Below are positions 16,094-20,000 of a stretch of DNA of 20,000 nt, in pieces; position 1 is the first letter of the stretch; every line of letters starts with the position of its first letter. A program made the position numbers and the translations under genes. The stretch comes from an uncultured virus (IMG/VR IMGVR_UViG_3300035696_002405) (Duplodnaviria > Heunggongvirae > Uroviricota > Caudoviricetes). Location of the stretch: IMG/VR virus record IMGVR_UViG_3300035696_002405. One strand, written 5' to 3'. The notes beneath the pieces are model-generated. The model did no database searches. It was not told the DNA's origin and saw only the letters and a list, made by a program, of their open reading frames with translations.

Positions 16094-16145
16094 ATGCTAC
16101 CCCATCCAGGGCGCTCCCTGGAACCGACCGTGCGCATGGTATGAT
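16094..16145. promoter_or_regulatory. Back-to-back promoters with central palindrome TCCAGGG-CGCT-CCCTGGA
   Basis: Minus strand TAGCAT (16099-16094), plus strand TGgTATGAT (16137-16145), palindrome at 16105-16122. Confidence 0.5.
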
Positions 16146-16152
16146 CGACACA

Positions 16153-16491
16153 ATGGCTGACCGAGACGAGAGCAACGGGAACGGTTCAAGCTACGCGATC
16201 GGCGCGCTCACGCGAGAGATCGCTGGCGTGCGTCACGAGATGCAGCAGTTCCATGAGGAGGTGCGAAGCTCGTTCAAGCAGCTCGGTGTGCGGCTCAAGA
16301 AGCGCGTCGAAAAAACCGAGCGCAAGATGCAAGACCTCGAGGAAGAGATCGAAGACACGAAGACGCACGACCTCCGCATGTTCAAGAGACGGTATTTGTG
16401 GTGGAAGAACACTGCGCTATCGGGCATCGGTCTCGTCTTGACCGGCGTCATCACCGCCCTCATCGCCAAGTACGTCTTCCACGTCGGATGA
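16153..16491 (+). CDS. Small coiled-coil protein with C-terminal TM helix (XhlA/holin-like architecture)
   Basis: Heptad-like region REIAGVRHEMQQF...KMQDLEEEIE, then WWKNTALSGIGLVLTGVITALIAKYVF. Start is 16153 or 16141. Confidence 0.72.
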   Translation: MADRDESNGNGSSYAIGALTREIAGVRHEMQQFHEEVRSSFKQLGVRLKKRVEKTERKMQDLEEEIEDTKTHDLRMFKRRYLWWKNTALSGIGLVLTGVITALIAKYVFHVG

Positions 16492-16498
16492 CGGCAGC

Positions 16499-16693
16499 AT
16501 GACTAGGCTTGACAGGAAAACCCTCTCGAAGGCCCCTCGCGGCGCACTTCTCAGGCTCGCGAAATTCTCCAAGGTTTCGCCGCTGCCACCGTGCACGTGC
16601 CAGATCTGCCTAGTCGAAACCCTGACGAGACACCTGGATTCCTTGGAACTCAGGCCAGGGAACGGTATCCTCACCCAGAGAAGACGCCCATGA
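16499..16693 (+). CDS. Small hypothetical protein with CxCxxC motif
   Basis: Fills the gap between neighbours; stop overlaps the next ATG (ATGA 16690-16693). Confidence 0.5.
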   Translation: MTRLDRKTLSKAPRGALLRLAKFSKVSPLPPCTCQICLVETLTRHLDSLELRPGNGILTQRRRP

Positions 16694-17184
16694 ACAACCT
16701 CGGAATGTACGAAGAGCGATCGGTCGGCGATCCTTACGCATACGCAGGACTCGGCATCGCCGCAGTCGTCTACGGCTGCATGGCAAGAGAGACCGCTCGC
16801 GGAGGCGGGCGAATCCCGCCAAACGACTACGTGATCGTGTCTGCTGCGAAGGCTGCCTCAGCGTTGATCGCCTACCGGTACCTCAAGGGGCTCACGAACG
16901 CCAACAAGGCCTTCTTCGCCACCATCGGAGGTGCGGCGCTGATGGAGTGGTACTTCCAAAGCCGTTCGCGCGACACCCTCCACTTCGTCGGACAGGCCGG
17001 GTACGAGGGCGGGCCCGTCGCCATGTACTGCCCGCGCGGAACGAAAGCGACATGCGCTCCTCCGCCCCTCACGCAACTCGTTCCGCTCACCGGGTACGAC
17101 GACCGCCACTACGTCGGCGCCGTTCCGCCGAACAGCGACTACTCCTTCTCTCGCAGGCCCGGCTACAACGACAAGAACTACTAG
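16690..17184 (+). CDS. Hypothetical membrane protein
   Basis: Start ATG 16690 (MNNLGMY). Up to three short hydrophobic segments (YAGLGIAAVVYG, VIVSAAKAASALIAY, AFFATIGGAALMEWYF). Confidence 0.68.
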   Translation: MNNLGMYEERSVGDPYAYAGLGIAAVVYGCMARETARGGGRIPPNDYVIVSAAKAASALIAYRYLKGLTNANKAFFATIGGAALMEWYFQSRSRDTLHFVGQAGYEGGPVAMYCPRGTKATCAPPPLTQLVPLTGYDDRHYVGAVPPNSDYSFSRRPGYNDKNY

Positions 17185-17199
17185 GCCCGGCACGGGAAA

Positions 17200-17475
17200 A
17201 TGGGCCTAGAGTTTCCGGCAAGCGCAAGCTGCGACAAGTGCTCGCGGAAGACCACGTTCAAGGTCGTCGTCACGAAGCTCCATCGCACCGAGATGCACCT
17301 GAAGATGCCCGATGGCTGGATAGCGTCGAGCAAGCCCGAGAGCGGTGAGCTTCTGCTCACGTGCCCGTCGTGCAAGCCCGTGCTCGTCAGCATCCCGCCG
17401 ATCCCCATCGACGAATCGGACCTCGTCGGCGATCCCGCCACTGATCCGACGCTTCTCGGTCCGAAAAACAAGTAA
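17200..17475 (+). CDS. Small zinc-ribbon protein
   Basis: CDKC and CPSC pair with PDGW between them; GGGA upstream. Confidence 0.68.
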   Translation: MGLEFPASASCDKCSRKTTFKVVVTKLHRTEMHLKMPDGWIASSKPESGELLLTCPSCKPVLVSIPPIPIDESDLVGDPATDPTLLGPKNK

Positions 17476-17488
17476 CCGCGCTCCACGC

Positions 17489-17599
17489 TCACTCCCCACC
17501 CCCGTTCCCCCGCCCCGCGCGCCACGACCCTTCGTAATCGACTTCAGCGTCCCCGGGCCACGTACCCGCTCTTCTCGGCAGTGACGACGTAGTAGTCAT
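17489..17599 (-). CDS. Possible 36-aa micro-ORF (MTTTSSLPRRAGTWPGDAEVDYEGSWRAGRGNGGGE)
   Basis: AGAGGA RBS 7 nt upstream of ATG 17599, directly after the 17613 stop. No homology evidence. Confidence 0.3.
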   Translation of the reverse strand: MTTTSSLPRRAGTWPGDAEVDYEGSWRAGRGNGGGE

Positions 17600-17612
17600 G
17601 TGAACATCCTCT

Positions 17613-18092
17613 TCATCCCGGCCTCAGCTCGAAGACCGGCTCACTGGTCTTGGAATCCCTGATGTACAGCTCGTACTCGTCGCCTTCGATTTCGACGTCA
17701 GAGAACTTGACGGTGTCCTTGAGGAAGCCCTCATCTTTGAGCATGCGCACGATGTCGGCATCCTTGGCATCAGTCGGGATCTCGATCTTGCCGCGCGAAG
17801 GATAGACGTCGTTGATCTCGAAGCCTTCTTCCTCATTGCCCCAGACGTCGAGGTCGTGGACGTCATAGAGCTTGCCGCGGATCTTCACCTTCCGGCCGAG
17901 ACGCACCGACTCGAGCAGAAGCTTGACGCCTCCGGGCGTCCTCTCATGCTCGATGACCACTTCATCGTCATCGATGGAGAAAGTCATCTCATGACCGAGA
18001 ATGAGCTTCCTGCCCTTGATGGTCACGTCATTGCCGGCCTCGAGAAGGATGTCCCCAATGACCGCCGCAGTCTCCGCGTCATCTCGGCTCAT
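17613..18092 (-). CDS. Acidic phage-type hypothetical protein (DVWGN motif)
   Basis: 159 aa with YDVHDLDVWGNEEEGFEINDV...IEGDEYELY...EPVFELR and a GAAGG RBS. GC is lower than in the flanks. Confidence 0.72.
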   Translation of the reverse strand: MSRDDAETAAVIGDILLEAGNDVTIKGRKLILGHEMTFSIDDDEVVIEHERTPGGVKLLLESVRLGRKVKIRGKLYDVHDLDVWGNEEEGFEINDVYPSRGKIEIPTDAKDADIVRMLKDEGFLKDTVKFSDVEIEGDEYELYIRDSKTSEPVFELRPG

Positions 18093-18231
18093 GCCTTCAT
18101 GATGTCAGAGGTCCCGCCCCCAGGATAGCCTCCCCCCGTTCCCCCACCCCACGCGCCCCGGCCCCCCGGCGCCCCGGACGTTCCTCCGTTTCTCCGCTCC
18201 CCCCAAACCCCGATACCTTGGGGGCTCGCTT

Positions 18232-18463
18232 CGCTCGCCTCCCTCGCGCGAGCGGTCCAACGCGCAAGGCGCTCGCCCCGCGCCGAAAGCCTCGCGCCCC
18301 GCAGTCCGCGCCACGCTGCCCATGCGCCCAAGGATCTCCCCGACCCGCTCGCCTCCCTCGCGCGAGCGATCCAACGCGCAAGGCGCTCGCCCCCGCGCCG
18401 CGCGCCCCGCGCTCCGCGCCCCGCTACCCATGCCCCATGCGCCCGAGGATCTCGCCCCCGACC
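18232..18463. repeat. Imperfect tandem duplication of a ~114-bp unit
   Basis: CGCTCGCCTCCCTCGCGCGAGCG(G/A)TCCAACGCGCAAGGCGCTCGCCCC...CATGCGCCC(A/G)AGGATCTC...CCGACC starts at 18232 and again at 18346. Confidence 0.85.
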
Positions 18464-18465
18464 TC

Positions 18466-18602
18466 GCGATCTTCACGCAAGACGTGAAGATCGCAACCCG
18501 GACCACTATCCGCGCCCCCGCACCCCGCGCCCCACCCTTGCGCCGATCGACTTCCGTCAGACGGAAGCCTCGAGCCTCGAGCCTCGAGCCCCACACCTCG
18601 AG
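18466..18602. other. Two perfect inverted repeats plus CCTCGAG heptamer repeats
   Basis: GCGATCTTCACG-caaga-CGTGAAGATCGC (18466-18494), CTTCCGTC-a-GACGGAAG (18551-18567), CCTCGAG x3 tandem (18568-18588) and again at 18596. Confidence 0.8.
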
Positions 18603-18737
18603 CCCCGCGATCCCCTACCGGCCCCCGGCCCCCACGTTCCGCGGCCCGCGATCCATTCCCCGATCCCCGCGCCCGCCCGGCCTCGAGCCGCCGCGGGCCG
18701 CGGGCCATGGTGAGTTGGTGGGTTACGATCGAGCCCC

Positions 18738-19706
18738 TCACCCCTTCCGAGCGCGAGCCTTCCCCTTCGCCCCGCTCCCCTCGAGATACGCAACCGCGTC
18801 CTCCCCATAGAGCGCGCGGTCCCTTCGCAGGTCGACGTGCGCGGCGAGTCGCTCGGGAGTGTCGAGCGGGCGAATGTGACCCACGAGGCCATCCTTGCGC
18901 GAGCCGCCGCCCTTTCTGCCGAGCCGCCGGTTTCGCTCGCGTTGGGCGACTCGGATCTTGGCCGCCTCGTCATGGATCGCATCCAGCTCCGCCGCCGACA
19001 TCGAAAGGCGCCCGGGCGACACCTTGGTGTAGTCGGGCTCCGCGCGCGAGAGCTGGAGCGCGCGCGAGGTCAAGCGCGGGGGGCTCGGCACCTTCAGCCA
19101 GTCGTCCGCGCGCACGAGCGCCGCGAAGCGCGCGAAGCGCTCGAGCGTCAGGTGCCGCTGGTTCTGGGCTAACTTCTGGAGAATGTTGAAGAAAACGACA
19201 TCGGCATCCGACCGGACCGCCTCCGCGATCCGCTTCCCTTCGGGGGCGAGCGCGATTAGGGTCGAGCGGTGCCGCTCACCCGACAGCGTGACGAGGGCGA
19301 GCTTGCTCATGTTCTGGGCCTCGACGAGCGCGGCGGACGCGGGCAGGCCGCGCGCCGCGGCGTAGTCGCGCAAGCGAAGCGAGCCGCGCCGCTCGAGGAT
19401 CGCGAGCGCTTCGATCTGATTCGACGTCGGCCGCCGGACGCGCTTGCTCCGCGGCGGCGCGAGGTTGAACTCGAGCGCCTCGCGCCGGAGAAACCGCGCG
19501 TAGCCGAGGAACCCATCGGCGAGCGCGTCGAAGAGACGCGCGCCCGTCGACTCGGCGTGCTCGCGCCGCTCTCTTCGGTTCGCGTAGAAGGCTTGCCCCG
19601 CGCGCTTGCCGATCGCGACGAGCGACTCGAGATCCGCGAGCGTCGCGGCGTCGAGCTTGGGAGCGCGGAGCGGGGATCGCGCGACGGGCTTGGGCGATGC
19701 GGGCAC
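18738..19706 (-). CDS. Protein with central MarR-like winged HTH
   Basis: PTSNQIEALAILERRGSLRLRDYAAARGLPASAALVEAQNMSKLALVTLSGERHRSTLIALAPEGKRIAEAV fits the MarR pattern (T..Q...L..L...g.....lA...gl.......l....LV......R...i.L..eG). Start uncertain. Confidence 0.6.
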   Translation of the reverse strand: MPASPKPVARSPLRAPKLDAATLADLESLVAIGKRAGQAFYANRRERREHAESTGARLFDALADGFLGYARFLRREALEFNLAPPRSKRVRRPTSNQIEALAILERRGSLRLRDYAAARGLPASAALVEAQNMSKLALVTLSGERHRSTLIALAPEGKRIAEAVRSDADVVFFNILQKLAQNQRHLTLERFARFAALVRADDWLKVPSPPRLTSRALQLSRAEPDYTKVSPGRLSMSAAELDAIHDEAAKIRVAQRERNRRLGRKGGGSRKDGLVGHIRPLDTPERLAAHVDLRRDRALYGEDAVAYLEGSGAKGKARARKG

Positions 19707-19976
19707 TCAGGACCTCGAGGCGGCGATGAGGTCGCGGACCTGAAGCACGATATGGGCGAGTCTGTCAATCATCTTTTTTTCTCGACGACTTTCAGTTTAC
19801 GGAAAACGCGCGGGCGAGGGCAAGAGGAAACCGAGGGAATGCGGGTGTGGGGAACTTGTGGACGGCGGAAAAGTCATGGAACCAGCCTTTTTGGCTGGGA
19901 TCGTGGGCCTTCCGCCGGGTGCCGCGGGCCGCGGGGGCGATCGGCGCGGGGCGCGGAGCGGGGATCGCGCGACGGG
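19663..19976. repeat. 26-bp perfect direct repeat GCGCGGAGCGGGGATCGCGCGACGGG
   Basis: Copies at 19663-19688 and 19951-19976; both are followed shortly by GGCACTC. Confidence 0.8.
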
Positions 19977-20000
19977 GGCCCGTGGCACTCGGAGCGGCGA

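Larger units (their letters stand above)
1..20000. mobile_element. Phage/virus-like element with pPolB replication module
   Basis: No housekeeping genes. Dense hypothetical, Zn-finger and membrane genes plus pPolB and RecD2. No integrase, terminase or recognisable capsid in the window. Confidence 0.75.

Noticed and set aside
17597..17606. CATGTGAACA matching the 3985-3994 element in reverse complement
   Set aside because: A single 10-mer match can arise by chance in 20 kb, and the orientation relative to genes differs.
18232..18463. Possible CRISPR array
   Set aside because: Only two units, the intervening parts are similar to each other rather than unique spacers, and there are no cas genes.
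18089..19189. Many Arg/Gly/Pro-rich ORFs over the repeat region
   Set aside because: Low-complexity translations of C-tract repeats, or shadows of the MarR-like gene.
1..20000. tRNA/rRNA genes, integrase, transposase, terminase
   Set aside because: No recognisable motifs found by eye.

Overview
GC-rich, gene-dense segment of what looks like a bacteriophage or virus-like mobile element, probably with a myxobacterial (Polyangiaceae-like) host. The host is inferred from two myxobacterial-type Cys-rich lipoprotein genes and the composition. The left part (1-6579, minus strand) holds hypothetical membrane or structural-looking genes, the two lipoproteins, a DUF2786-like protein and a Zn-finger protein. 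After a divergent promoter region (about 6580-6700), the plus strand encodes an HTH/Zn regulator, a very basic protein and, translationally coupled to it, a 1246-aa protein-primed-type family B DNA polymerase, followed by a RecD2-like SF1B helicase. The polymerase has all Exo/Pol motifs but is heavily decorated. It carries Cys/His-rich putative Zn-binding inserts, helical inserts and an apparent peptidoglycan-binding (PG_binding_1-like) domain inside its exonuclease domain, which is the most unusual feature. The right part has acidic proteins, small membrane and Zn-ribbon genes, a 600-bp C-skewed non-coding repeat/hairpin region and a MarR-like wHTH gene. Family assignments come from motifs recognised by eye; no database searches were run.
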